Below are positions 28,605 to 38,800 of a DNA stretch of 64,000 nt, piece after piece. Source of the stretch: a virus (Duplodnaviria; Caudoviricetes); the IMG/VR virus record IMGVR_UViG_3300029305_004474, positions 36,752 through 100,751 of that record; one strand, 5' to 3'. The notes below the pieces were generated by a model. It worked only from the letters and a program-made list of their open reading frames with translations, did not search any database and was not told the origin of the DNA. Within the stretch, counting starts at the first letter, position 1, and the number at the start of each line of letters is the position of its first letter. The position numbers and the translations under genes are program-made.

Positions 28605-29363
28605 CTAATCGAAAGCTCCAGCGTATTTAGAACAAAACTGAATTGTAAATTCTCCGATATCTGGTATCGTCGTATTGTGTAATTTGGCTAATGTCTTATT
28701 TTCCAAATTTGTTTGTGTGACATCCATACGTCTGAGAATGTCTTCAGTGCTGTAACTTATGTTACAATCTTTATTCTGACACTTGAAGCCAGTATAATTT
28801 GAATTATATTTAAGGCTTCCTTTACAATGCGGACATGATAACAAATGTTCCTGTCCTCTAAGTGAGTATACATAACCTAAATCTAGACATACAATGTCAC
28901 CATTAGATCTGTATCCCCAGTTTTCATAATTTTTTGTTGTGAACCCAATATCTTCAAAAATATAAGCTTTACTTAGATCTTCGAGAATTTGTTTTATTCC
29001 AGCTTCGTTTTCTATGAACTCTCGTTCGTCCATGAGAGTAACATATTCTTCTATTAGTATTAACATGTTAGTCTCATACGCTTTAACGAAATATTCCGGA
29101 ACCTCAATTGAACGTTTAAATTCTGTCCAATTGTCGAGGCATCCACGTCTATCAAGAGCAATTATTACAATCATGCCATTATACAAAAATGACATTCTAT
29201 TGGTACCTAGTCCAATTTCCTCAAAATCTGGACCTAATAAAGCTTTAACAATATCTGCCTTATCATTATTATCTGGAAATACAGGAGCTAAACAATGAAA
29301 ATACAATTGCTTTATTAGCTCCTTACTGAAATATTTAGGAATTAACTTTAATTCCGTATCCAT
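28605..29363 (-). CDS. Protein kinase-like fold protein with C-terminal Zn ribbon (252 aa)
   Basis: EIGLGTNR glycine loop, DNWTE (alphaC Glu), LIEEYV hinge, EDIG..ENWG catalytic loop, CLDLGY (DFG-like), CPHC..C..C. Confidence 0.7.
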   Translation of the reverse strand: MDTELKLIPKYFSKELIKQLYFHCLAPVFPDNNDKADIVKALLGPDFEEIGLGTNRMSFLYNGMIVIIALDRRGCLDNWTEFKRSIEVPEYFVKAYETNMLILIEEYVTLMDEREFIENEAGIKQILEDLSKAYIFEDIGFTTKNYENWGYRSNGDIVCLDLGYVYSLRGQEHLLSCPHCKGSLKYNSNYTGFKCQNKDCNISYSTEDILRRMDVTQTNLENKTLAKLHNTTIPDIGEFTIQFCSKYAGAFD

Positions 29364-29377
29364 AATATAAAACCCTC

Positions 29378-29503
29378 CTAGCCAATTTTATTATGGTAAT
29401 TCATTTTACTCACGTTAATATTTCCTAAAACTTTCTTGTTAATTGTAGAATATCCGTGATTTTTCTTTTTGCCTGTTGCTTGTTTCTTTGATTTCTTTGC
29501 CAT
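29378..29503 (-). CDS. Small basic protein (41 aa, MAKKSKKQATGKKKNHG...)
   Basis: AGGAGG RBS; stop overlaps the RBS of the kinase-like gene. Confidence 0.65.
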   Translation of the reverse strand: MAKKSKKQATGKKKNHGYSTINKKVLGNINVSKMNYHNKIG

Positions 29504-29530
29504 TTGTTTTCCTCCTAATTATACTACTAT

Positions 29531-30634
29531 TTATCTGATTAGATCTGACATTCTCATACTAATGGCATTACCTTCGTCTGTGAATGTATATCTATTTTTT
29601 AGAAGAGTCTTTTCTAACAACGCATCATTGTTACGTTTATTAGCCATCCTCTTCTTTTCTTGCTTTAATCGTTTCTTTTCTTTTTTTCGCTCTTTCTTAG
29701 TAAGAGGACCCCCATCACCCACAGCAGATCTAACCATCTTAACTGCGGTCTTAGACATATTCTTACCATAAGAGCCAAAGACGTCTATGCCCATATTGTA
29801 CATAGCGGTCATTATTTCGGCCTGTTTTTCATCTACTCTACTTACCATTCTAGCATTTCTCAATACTTTTGTATTAGGTGCTAAATATACTTCCATCAAT
29901 TCTGGTGGAGTTTCTTCTTCAAAACGAACATCTTCTAAAATTTCATTCAGTGGTTTGTCGTCTGAAATCGAATTTAAATTTCTACTTGGGTATGCAGAGC
30001 CATTTGCATTTGCTAAGAAATTAAGCATAAAATCGATTTCGGTATTTGTAGTAGATGATGCTCTGTAAAGATTTCTCTTTCTGCTACGGCTTGCCATATC
30101 TTCACTTACGGCATCGAGCCGTTTTCTAATCTTCTTTGACACATCCTTTTTCATTTCGCTATCAGTTAAGGATTCACCGGTTAATGTAGGATATGCTTTT
30201 CTTGCATATTTCATAATTGCATCAGATGATTCCCTATCAATCATTTGTCTTGATGGAACAATTTCGGATGTGAGGAACATTCGGTTCTTTTTTGTATTTT
30301 TGAGTTTAGGCTTTGGTGGAATATATATATCAATATATCCATCTCTAGCCGCAACTTTTGCTAGTTTGGTTGAACCAAATTCTTCTTCTAAGCTATCCAT
30401 GTATTCTTTATAAGTATCCATGGCATCGCAGAAGTCGAAGAAATCGTTGTATTTTCTTCTTATTTTCTTAGCTTCTTTCATTAATGGAGTATCGGCAAGA
30501 CCTCGATGATAATAATCGTCATCGTCAAAATCATTACTTATAAAAGTAAATAAGAAATCTGGAAAACGATCATCTTCGACTAATGCAACAGTCTTGAGAT
30601 CTTTAAGATATTCCAACAATAGTTCATTGTCCAT
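29531..30634 (-). CDS. Hypothetical protein (367 aa)
   Basis: AAAGGAG RBS; TATATTAT at 30674-30681. Confidence 0.8.
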   Translation of the reverse strand: MDNELLLEYLKDLKTVALVEDDRFPDFLFTFISNDFDDDDYYHRGLADTPLMKEAKKIRRKYNDFFDFCDAMDTYKEYMDSLEEEFGSTKLAKVAARDGYIDIYIPPKPKLKNTKKNRMFLTSEIVPSRQMIDRESSDAIMKYARKAYPTLTGESLTDSEMKKDVSKKIRKRLDAVSEDMASRSRKRNLYRASSTTNTEIDFMLNFLANANGSAYPSRNLNSISDDKPLNEILEDVRFEEETPPELMEVYLAPNTKVLRNARMVSRVDEKQAEIMTAMYNMGIDVFGSYGKNMSKTAVKMVRSAVGDGGPLTKKERKKEKKRLKQEKKRMANKRNNDALLEKTLLKNRYTFTDEGNAISMRMSDLIR

Positions 30635-30700
30635 TGGTATTTTCTCCTTTCGTTTTATATTTATTGCAAATCAATAATATATAACTATTTTCATGAATAA

Positions 30701-30738
30701 AAAATAGACCATAGTTTATATAAACTATGGTCTATTTT
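30701..30738. terminator. Terminator downstream of the holin-like pair
   Basis: AAAATAGACCATAGTTTA ta TAAACTATGGTCTATTTT. Confidence 0.75.
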
Positions 30739-30758
30739 AAATTAGAATATAACGTATT

Positions 30759-31352
30759 TTATTCCTCATCTTCAGAATTTGGAATCTTTGTATCTACGTT
30801 GGTTTTTAAAGGGTTATCGTTGCCAGAACTTGTTGACACAGTCTTCTCTTTACTGTCAGTTCTGAATAAGGGACTTAATACATTCATAGCACTATTTAAT
30901 AAATTTGCTGTTTCTGTTTCTACCGCAATTATTTCTTGCGGAATCTCACTGGATACTGCCCTATTCGCATCTACAAAAGATTCTCCCAAAATATAAATTG
31001 CTACAGATGCTACAGCTAAAATTAATGCCTTAACCTGTTCGATTGTTAACGTGTCACAACCTAAAGATATCATTAATACTGTAGAGAAACTGATCAACGC
31101 TGCCCAAAACTTTCTAGATTGTAGTTTTGAGATAATAGTGGTTTCTACAGTCTTTTTTCCAGAATTTACATTCTTTGAGTCATTATAACTTTCACCAATG
31201 ACGTATATGATAAGTATGGCGAATGATGCCATTACACCCATAACACGTTCGGTTGTAAGTCTATCAATATTTAGGATTATGGCGATTAAACCAAAAAATG
31301 CTAATACTGTGACCCAAAGTTTTCTGGAGGATAGTTTTCTTAGAACTTCCAT
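30759..31352 (-). CDS. Holin-like membrane protein with internal duplication (4 TM)
   Basis: Two repeats KLSSRKLWV..IYVIGES and KLQSRKFWA..IYILGES; AAAGGAGG RBS before ATG 31352. Confidence 0.65.
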   Translation of the reverse strand: MEVLRKLSSRKLWVTVLAFFGLIAIILNIDRLTTERVMGVMASFAILIIYVIGESYNDSKNVNSGKKTVETTIISKLQSRKFWAALISFSTVLMISLGCDTLTIEQVKALILAVASVAIYILGESFVDANRAVSSEIPQEIIAVETETANLLNSAMNVLSPLFRTDSKEKTVSTSSGNDNPLKTNVDTKIPNSEDEE

Positions 31353-31377
31353 ATATTCAAACCCTCCTTTCATTTTT

Positions 31378-31755
31378 TTATCCAGTACAATCTTCTTCAG
31401 ATATATTGCTGATTAATTCTGTGTTAGTTTCATATGAATTTTCATTTTCTATATTTTTTATAGGTAATTTAAAGTTACCATACTTGAATATGTTCTCAAA
31501 TAAGGATTTGCATAAATAAGGAATAAATGTATAGATAATAATCTTTATTACAGTAATCGATAATTGCTCTGCAATATCGCCCTTATCAAAAAATGCCAGT
31601 GCGTATGATAGATATACCCAAATAATAGCGTTCCATAAAATGATTTGTACCCATCGTTTTGTAAAAGATTCTGGCTTTTTTCTATTAGCGATAAAATTTT
31701 TAATTTTAGAGGATAATGATACTTTCTTTTCTTTAGATCGATTGAATAATCCCAT
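31378..31755 (-). CDS. Membrane protein, possible holin/antiholin partner (125 aa, 2 TM)
   Basis: WVQIILWNAIIWVYLSYALAF and ITVIKIIIYTFIPYLCKSLFEN; late promoter AACA taccaa TA at 31782-31793. Confidence 0.65.
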   Translation of the reverse strand: MGLFNRSKEKKVSLSSKIKNFIANRKKPESFTKRWVQIILWNAIIWVYLSYALAFFDKGDIAEQLSITVIKIIIYTFIPYLCKSLFENIFKYGNFKLPIKNIENENSYETNTELISNISEEDCTG

Positions 31756-32107
31756 AATACTAATCTCCTTTTCTGAAATATTATTGGTATGTTAGAAAAG
31801 GCAATATATAGACAAATTCAAAAAAAAAATTTTTTTTTTTCATCTTTCGATGAGGAGCTTGTTTTACGTCTAGCTCCTAAAAACGCGGATGTCTATACTC
31901 TATTTTCTAGAAATCTTACATATCGTTTTTTCGTTGTTTATCTTTGCCACAATGACCTCTTTCTGCCCGATATGAAGGGCTCTATATTTTATTCACATAA
32001 ATAATATATTTTCTAGGAGAAGATGAATACGGATAAATATACCCTTAATGGCTTAATAATCCCCATAATTTAATGACTATTCCTAATAATATTGAATATA
32101 TCATAAA

Positions 32108-32413
32108 TTATGGGGATTTCTTTAAATTTTTTATTTTGGATTCTATAAGAGATATTCTATCGTGATATATAGATAGTTTTTCGTTAATGACAGTTATCTT
32201 CATACATATTTTAGATAACTCGATAGATTTTTCAGACTCATATTTAGTTTTTTCTGGTCCGAAATAGTTATTATACTTTAAGCAATCTATAATTCTATAT
32301 TTTTCACTTAATGTATTATTTCGATTTATATTCGTTATATATATTCTTTTGGTTATTCTTTTTATTTTCCATTTATACCACTTAATTTTTATATGTTTTA
32401 TGGGGTCAATCAT
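32108..32413 (-). CDS. Hypothetical basic protein (about 101 aa)
   Basis: ATG 32413 overlaps the upstream stop with GAGGA RBS; ORF track start is 32494. Confidence 0.6.
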   Translation of the reverse strand: MIDPIKHIKIKWYKWKIKRITKRIYITNINRNNTLSEKYRIIDCLKYNNYFGPEKTKYESEKSIELSKICMKITVINEKLSIYHDRISLIESKIKNLKKSP

Positions 32414-32882
32414 TGTAGTAGTAATCCTCTTCCCATTCTGAATCTTCTTCAGGATTGTAAATATACTTAACATAAAATTCTTCGAAGTTTTCAAATACCT
32501 CTTTAAAATTTTCTATTAAATAAGTGGTAAGATCTCTAATAATGTATACAATTTCATCATCAGTTTTGATATCCTCATCCGATACTGACATTACAATGTA
32601 GTCTTTACTAACTATTTCAATTGGTTTGTCGGTATTAGCTACTATAATTAGTAAACCTTTCAATGGATACATAAATTCAGACTTACATAGTACCGCAACA
32701 GCTAATTGACCACTCGAAATTTGATTTCTACATCTAGAATTACTTGGATATGTATTATTGATGTTTCTAAGGATATCAGAAATAGATAGATCTGAAATGT
32801 CTAAATCTATCTGTGCGAACGTAATTTCTTCGATTTTGTCATTTAGAAATTCTCTTATGAATTCTCTTTTATCATAAATCAT
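32406..32882 (-). CDS. Hypothetical acidic protein (158 aa)
   Basis: AAGGA RBS. Confidence 0.75.
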   Translation of the reverse strand: MIYDKREFIREFLNDKIEEITFAQIDLDISDLSISDILRNINNTYPSNSRCRNQISSGQLAVAVLCKSEFMYPLKGLLIIVANTDKPIEIVSKDYIVMSVSDEDIKTDDEIVYIIRDLTTYLIENFKEVFENFEEFYVKYIYNPEEDSEWEEDYYYND

Positions 32883-32984
32883 TTATATTCCTTCTTTCTT
32901 GAAAAATGTGGTTTATATAGAAGGTATTCTTAGAATACCTTCTATATACTATGTTAAGATTAATTCTTTTTATATAATATTAAA

Positions 32985-33506
32985 TTATTCTGGTAATGAT
33001 GTATCAACTATAATCCAGTCATTAGCTAATACATCATTAATTGATGGAACCCACATAGAATGTGACCCATCGACATTTTTAATTTGGAGATAAGGATTAC
33101 ACACAAATAAATCTCCTTCTTTCATTCCCCATGCTTCGGCAGTTTGCTTATTGCAAGGAATACCATCTGGATATCCCTTTTGATACACTATGAACATTCC
33201 TTTACCATTCCAGCCTTTTCTAGCCATAGGAATACCAGATTTTACAAGTTCTAATGCTCTGCCAAATTTAAATTCTCTTACAGGAAGTTTGAATGTATTT
33301 GGATCTTCCTCCACAATAAGCCATTCTGAGGAAGTAATATTATCAAATGTGTAGAATACGTCATCTGTTTCTCTAATATCTAATATTTTTCCATCATGAC
33401 AGTGCATTTTGATTGTACCATCTTCAATCTTCCAATAACCTGTCCATGATGGTAGTTTTACTTTATAACCTCTTTGCATTGCTAAATAAGCTTCTCTAAA
33501 TTCCAT
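32985..33506 (-). CDS. Tandem DUF2829 / Tad2-like anti-defence protein (about 173 aa)
   Basis: Two copies of the M/F-x-F-x-x-A..G..V/M...W...W pattern: MEFREAYLAMQRGYKVKLPSW...SEWLIVE and FKFGRALELVKSGIPMARKGWNGKGMF...WVPSINDVLANDWIIVD; AAGGAG RBS before ATG 33506. Confidence 0.8.
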   Translation of the reverse strand: MEFREAYLAMQRGYKVKLPSWTGYWKIEDGTIKMHCHDGKILDIRETDDVFYTFDNITSSEWLIVEEDPNTFKLPVREFKFGRALELVKSGIPMARKGWNGKGMFIVYQKGYPDGIPCNKQTAEAWGMKEGDLFVCNPYLQIKNVDGSHSMWVPSINDVLANDWIIVDTSLPE

Positions 33507-33532
33507 ATTTTTATTCTCCTTTTTTATATTAT

Positions 33533-33895
33533 TCAACTAGAATGATATGACCAACTGAGTTTATTTTCAATTACTCTTGGATATATAGGATCATCGTCAT
33601 ATACACTAATTTGAATGTTATTTAATTCTCTAAATTTATCCACTATCTCTTTTCTTTTATTGAGTACATCACAAAGCTCATCACGTAATTGGAATTTGCG
33701 TTTTTGCCATTCATCGAATGATTCTTTGTGCGATTTGTGATCTTCTTTATTACAGGCATCATTATAAAGTCTCATACGTTTACAGACTTCTAAATGAATT
33801 TTTTTGTATTCTTTTACAAGTTCCGCACTTTCTTCATTTAGATTATCTTGTATCATGGATTTTGGTATAATATGTTTAAATTGAGAATCTGGCAT
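33533..33895 (-). CDS. Hypothetical coiled-coil protein (120 aa)
   Basis: AAAGGAG RBS before ATG 33895. Confidence 0.7.
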   Translation of the reverse strand: MPDSQFKHIIPKSMIQDNLNEESAELVKEYKKIHLEVCKRMRLYNDACNKEDHKSHKESFDEWQKRKFQLRDELCDVLNKRKEIVDKFRELNNIQISVYDDDPIYPRVIENKLSWSYHSS

Positions 33896-33986
33896 ATTTT
33901 TCTCCTTTTCAATGTTTATTGGTAAAATGTATATACAATAATAAAAAATGTGTCCATGATTTATCACTATAAATCATGGACACAAT

Positions 33987-34286
33987 CTATTCGTTTTCTT
34001 TGGTTTTTATCTGCGGACTTTCCACATAACTTTGAGTAATCTCGTCAAATTCATAGAAAATAAATTTACCAGTTATTCGATTTTTATTAGAGCTCTTTAA
34101 CAATGATTCGAAAATAGAGCTTTCTTTATTTTCTTCTTTAATTTTAATTTCCTTTGCTTTATTAACGACGTCATTGATATACTCTACCATTAATGGAAGT
34201 GCATCAGTTATATCACCTTCGAAGTCATCGGGTAATATGAATATTAAGTTAGATACACCTAAGAATTTCTTTGGGACTGAGTCCAC
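33987..34286 (-). CDS. Hypothetical protein (99 aa)
   Basis: GGGGTG RBS; terminator hairpin at 33949-33984. Confidence 0.7.
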   Translation of the reverse strand: MDSVPKKFLGVSNLIFILPDDFEGDITDALPLMVEYINDVVNKAKEIKIKEENKESSIFESLLKSSNKNRITGKFIFYEFDEITQSYVESPQIKTKENE

Positions 34287-34342
34287 ATTACATCACCCCA
34301 ATCACTTCATAATAATTATAGTCTTGTAGTATTATCGTATTC

Positions 34343-35086
34343 TTAATTCTTTAAATAAATTTCTTGATTATTAATAGATAACAATTTGCTCCAGTCTTCT
34401 GGTACTTCAGGAAATTTAAACCCGTTTATTTCGAAATAAGTAAATTCTGGATTAAGCATATCAGACATTACAAGACCAGATTCTAATTGCTCTGACAATT
34501 CTATTTTGATTTCGATTTTCTTTTTAATCTTTTCCGGTATTTCGCATAAAGCATTATACTCGTCAAAGAATAAATCATATCTATGATAGATATCTTGTAA
34601 AGGAATAAAAATAAGATTTTTTTCACATAATTCATGTGAAGTAACATCTAACGGTACCAATCCTACTTTATCGTCGTAATGCAATTCTAAAACTTCTTCC
34701 ATGATATCATATGGCCTAATACTTTCACCCATAGTCTCTCGTCTAGTAAGCACAATATCAATGATTTCAAACATGGAAAAAGGTTCATGATGTAATTCAA
34801 TAGAATATTTTTTACCATTACCCATTGATACATTTGGTAGTACATGTGATTTAGACATTCCTTTATATTTCTTAAGAAATTCGATATATTGTCTATATTC
34901 GGGTGTATTTCTAACTCGATTTTTAATCATGGTAATGAATTTATATCTACCATTTTTTGAAAGGGTGTTATATTCTTTTCTTTGAGGCTTTTCCTCAATT
35001 TGCATTTTTACGGTTCGAATAGGTCTTTCTCTTTTACCGACTGTAAAAGTTGTAGGTTTATAATTCATCATACTAAACTCATCCAC
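34343..35086 (-). CDS. HNH-like fold protein, paralog of 51095-51727 (247 aa)
   Basis: VRNTPEYRQYI...IELHHEPFSMFEI...LELHY...VPLDVTSHELCE. Confidence 0.6.
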   Translation of the reverse strand: MDEFSMMNYKPTTFTVGKRERPIRTVKMQIEEKPQRKEYNTLSKNGRYKFITMIKNRVRNTPEYRQYIEFLKKYKGMSKSHVLPNVSMGNGKKYSIELHHEPFSMFEIIDIVLTRRETMGESIRPYDIMEEVLELHYDDKVGLVPLDVTSHELCEKNLIFIPLQDIYHRYDLFFDEYNALCEIPEKIKKKIEIKIELSEQLESGLVMSDMLNPEFTYFEINGFKFPEVPEDWSKLLSINNQEIYLKN

Positions 35087-35754
35087 CTTTCTAAATCATA
35101 ACCAAGTTGTCCTTTATTTCTAAAATACAATGCGGATTGCTTATTCCTCATATTAAAGAATATATATGAAGCATCATATGGTAATTCTAATCCACATAAA
35201 CCACCATGTCTACTAGGATCTCCGTTCATATGAACTTCGGTATTATTTTCTTTATATAAAGCAAGTTTGTCTTCTGTAATAAATTGACTGAATATTTTTT
35301 CGAATCTACTACTGCTTATTCTAACATCGTACAACTTTTCTATGCCGCTTTCCTCAAAAGATAAGTGTATATCAGGTTCTACTTCATTGTGATAAGTGTT
35401 ACATTGAATAAGAGATAAATCAAACTCCTCGGAAAAATAAGGAGGTTTTTTTGGAAATACCCATTTGAGATTTAAGTTTAAATCATTTAGTTCAAATGAT
35501 CTTTTAGCAACCGTGATAGCATTGTATATATCTGAAATATAATCATACTCTATCGACATAGGGAATATTCTTATTTTGCTTTTATGGAGTGCAAATTGCA
35601 TAATTCGATTATATAAATCTTTAAATGTACCTATAGTAAGAGGTATGATGTCTACCTCTCCTAAGGCAGAATCCGAAATTGCATATATGCTTGATTCTAC
35701 ATTTTCGATATTGCCAAATGCACTGTAACCAAAATAACCTTTACTACAGTTCAT
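35068..35754 (-). CDS. Hypothetical protein, possibly a degenerate metallo-beta-lactamase/RNase Z fold (228 aa)
   Basis: GYFGYSAF...SSIY N-terminus and SIEYDYISDI where THxHxDH is expected; late promoter at 35778-35789. Confidence 0.5.
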   Translation of the reverse strand: MNCSKGYFGYSAFGNIENVESSIYAISDSALGEVDIIPLTIGTFKDLYNRIMQFALHKSKIRIFPMSIEYDYISDIYNAITVAKRSFELNDLNLNLKWVFPKKPPYFSEEFDLSLIQCNTYHNEVEPDIHLSFEESGIEKLYDVRISSSRFEKIFSQFITEDKLALYKENNTEVHMNGDPSRHGGLCGLELPYDASYIFFNMRNKQSALYFRNKGQLGYDLERWMSLV

Positions 35755-35867
35755 ATATTTAATCTCCTTTCATACGTTATTAAGATGTTAAATCCAGCTA
35801 TATGTGGTCATTTTAATCATTTCCGTTTTAACACTTCAATAAAATTTAAACGGAAAGGAGTGGAATT

Positions 35868-38800
35868 ATGGCGGAAGAATTAACAGCTGCATCATCGTTT
35901 ATGAATGAATTGATGAAGATTTCTAGTGATATCGTATGGAAAGATGAGTACACTGCTAATCTTTACGAAACTCGTTCTATTATGAGTGAAGTAGCTCTTT
36001 ATATGGCTGCTAAAGATGGAGAACTTAATTTCACAGTCATTCCTTCATTTGACCTTGAGGTCTTAGATAAAGTTGGTATATCTGCTGAAGATAAACTTTA
36101 TTGTTTTTATGACAAATATAAGATACCTACCAAATATAGAAATGAATGTGTAAGATTACAATCTGAGATTATTTTAGCTTCATATGAAGAAAAAAATAAT
36201 TACTATCGAATGTTATCGGGACTACCAGATATGGAAGATACAGAGTATTTATATAATACTAAATATCCGGATATATCAGATGCAGAAACTCCAGTTCACG
36301 AATTATCTTTGGTAGCAATTTATGCTTTAGAAAGTTATGGATATTTCGACGAATTACTGAAAGAAAATCCTAGTAAGAAATACCTATATTATATAGGCAA
36401 AAGAAGAATAGAACCTTATCATGCAAGAACTGCAGAAAGGTTTGCTTTATTATATATGCCTTCTTCTAACTTTGTACGAATCAATACAGATTTCAGAGAT
36501 TTGTATGCAGTGTGTAGATATGCAATATTGAGATCTGTATATTCTGGAGATAGAAGGAAAGAAAATGAATATTATGATAGTTTTATGGCTATGCTGATAA
36601 TGTTTATGACTATACAGCAAATGCTGGCTAGATATTTGGACGCTGATACAGATAGGGACTTCTATGATTATGAAAGTATTAAGTATGTTTATGATCATTA
36701 TGGAGTTCCATTTTATCCAGATATTCCATTAGATTATCATATTAAAATTATTAAAAATATCAATATACTTCTTAAATATAAGGGTTCTACCACAGTATTC
36801 TATAAGTTATTTGATATTTTTAATTTTGGTACCATGGAAGTATTTGATTTCTATATTATGAAGACTCACAAATTTGAAAATGGTAGACCTGTATTCAAAT
36901 ACAAAGAAGACGGTTCTGAAGATTTAAGGGCTATGTATGATATTAAATTCGGTCAGGTTGAATTATACAATAACCCACCATTGGAACTATCTAATCCAGA
37001 CAATATAGTTGAATATAGTGAAATTACCGAATTCGATCCGTATTGGATAAACGATTCTGAATTATTAGATAAGCTTTATAATATGGATTTTAATTACATT
37101 GAATCAAAATATGTAGGGTTTAGTGCAGTATTTGATTTAATGGCAATCACATATGAATCTGCTGTATTTTTCAAGCTTATGTTCGATAATAGGGATAAGC
37201 TCGAAACATTTTTTATCTATTTTAGTGCAATATCTAGAAATATTACAATGTATGATATGATTATTTATACATGTGCTCTTATATGTAAGAGATATGGATA
37301 TGATATAGCACTTAATAGACCATCGTTATATATTGCAGGTATTTTAGGTTTTAACCTTAAGGCTGATTTGGCTACTATCATCGAAGATATTAAGAAGAAT
37401 CCTACTATTAATGATGATAAGGAGTTAGTAGAACTCCTTATGAATACAAATATAAATACTCTTAGCGATATAACTAAGGTGTTTGAAAATGTACAAGCTT
37501 TAAGAAAGCATTTAGTATTGGGTAAAGCATATGCTAAAACAAAGGAAGAGTTTCAGGCTTATAGTCAATTAGAAAAGCTTTTGATGACTTCCGAAATGAT
37601 GGAAGAGGCTTTCTTAGAAGATTGTAAACTAGAGTTTGATCCAGACAATGATGCTACATGGTATGGATTTGATGAATTGTTGGCATCTGTAAATATGATT
37701 CTTTGGCAGAGATTACAAGATATGAGTTCACAAGGTGACACTTCGAATATGGATTTAGAAATTCAGACTATGCTTGTATTAATAAGACAAACTGTAACTT
37801 CTTTGAAATATATCGAGATGTGCTGCTCCAATGGTATTGAAGCTCTATTAGATCATTTATTCAAGTTATTAGATTTTTTTAAATCTGCTAAGGCTGAATT
37901 AACAGGATTTCAAGTGTCTTATAATCTTGGCAAGAGAGGTGAAGCTCAGATTAAATTGTTTGAGCAGACCATGTTAATTCAGAATGAGATAAAAACTATA
38001 TTACCATCTTGGATTAATAAATTGACTTTTGATTACATAATTGCGTTTCACGAATTTATGAAGTACTCATTTAATATGTGGTGGGATGATAATTGTAATT
38101 GGGATTGGTCTCATGTATATATTAATGTACTATTTCCATTAGCATTGAGATTCAAGTATCTTAAGACTGTTATAATGGAACATAGATTTGATATGGATAT
38201 ACACGATATTCTTCATAGAATTCACACAAGTCAACAATTTAGAGATTCCTTTCATATGGAAGATGAAATGTCGTTATTATATGAAAAGATTTTCTTTGAT
38301 TTGGTCGAGGTAATTATTAATGATGGATTCGAAGAATTAACTGATAGGATGATTAAATGTGCTACCATCTATAGATATCATGAAGATATCAACGTGCCTA
38401 TATTAGATGAGGTTAAATGGAATTTCGAAATACTTACTAAAAAGTATACTATTACACATAAAATAGAAGAGATTTTACATCAATACACATTAGATGATTT
38501 AATTAAAAATGGATTCAAGGTGAAGATTGATTATAGTGCTATAGATCTTGCTGGTGATTTTGGTTATCTGATCTCTAATTTTGGCAATGTGTTAATTAGA
38601 TTTATAGATCATATCAAGATCGAACAAATTGAGATGAAGGATAAGATAATTAATGATATCACTTATCTTTTAAAGCATACTCTTGGTATTTATTGCATGT
38701 GGAATAGAGCTAGTATGTATTTTATTACTGATGATCTAAATATGATATATAGTAATACATATTTAGATGCTTTAATTAGTTTTGCTTTGGTACACCATCA

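Noticed and set aside
31789-32004. 71-aa plus-strand ORF
   Set aside because: No RBS, crosses A10/T11 homopolymers and the late promoter of the opposite-strand gene; homopolymer lengths may also be assembly-sensitive
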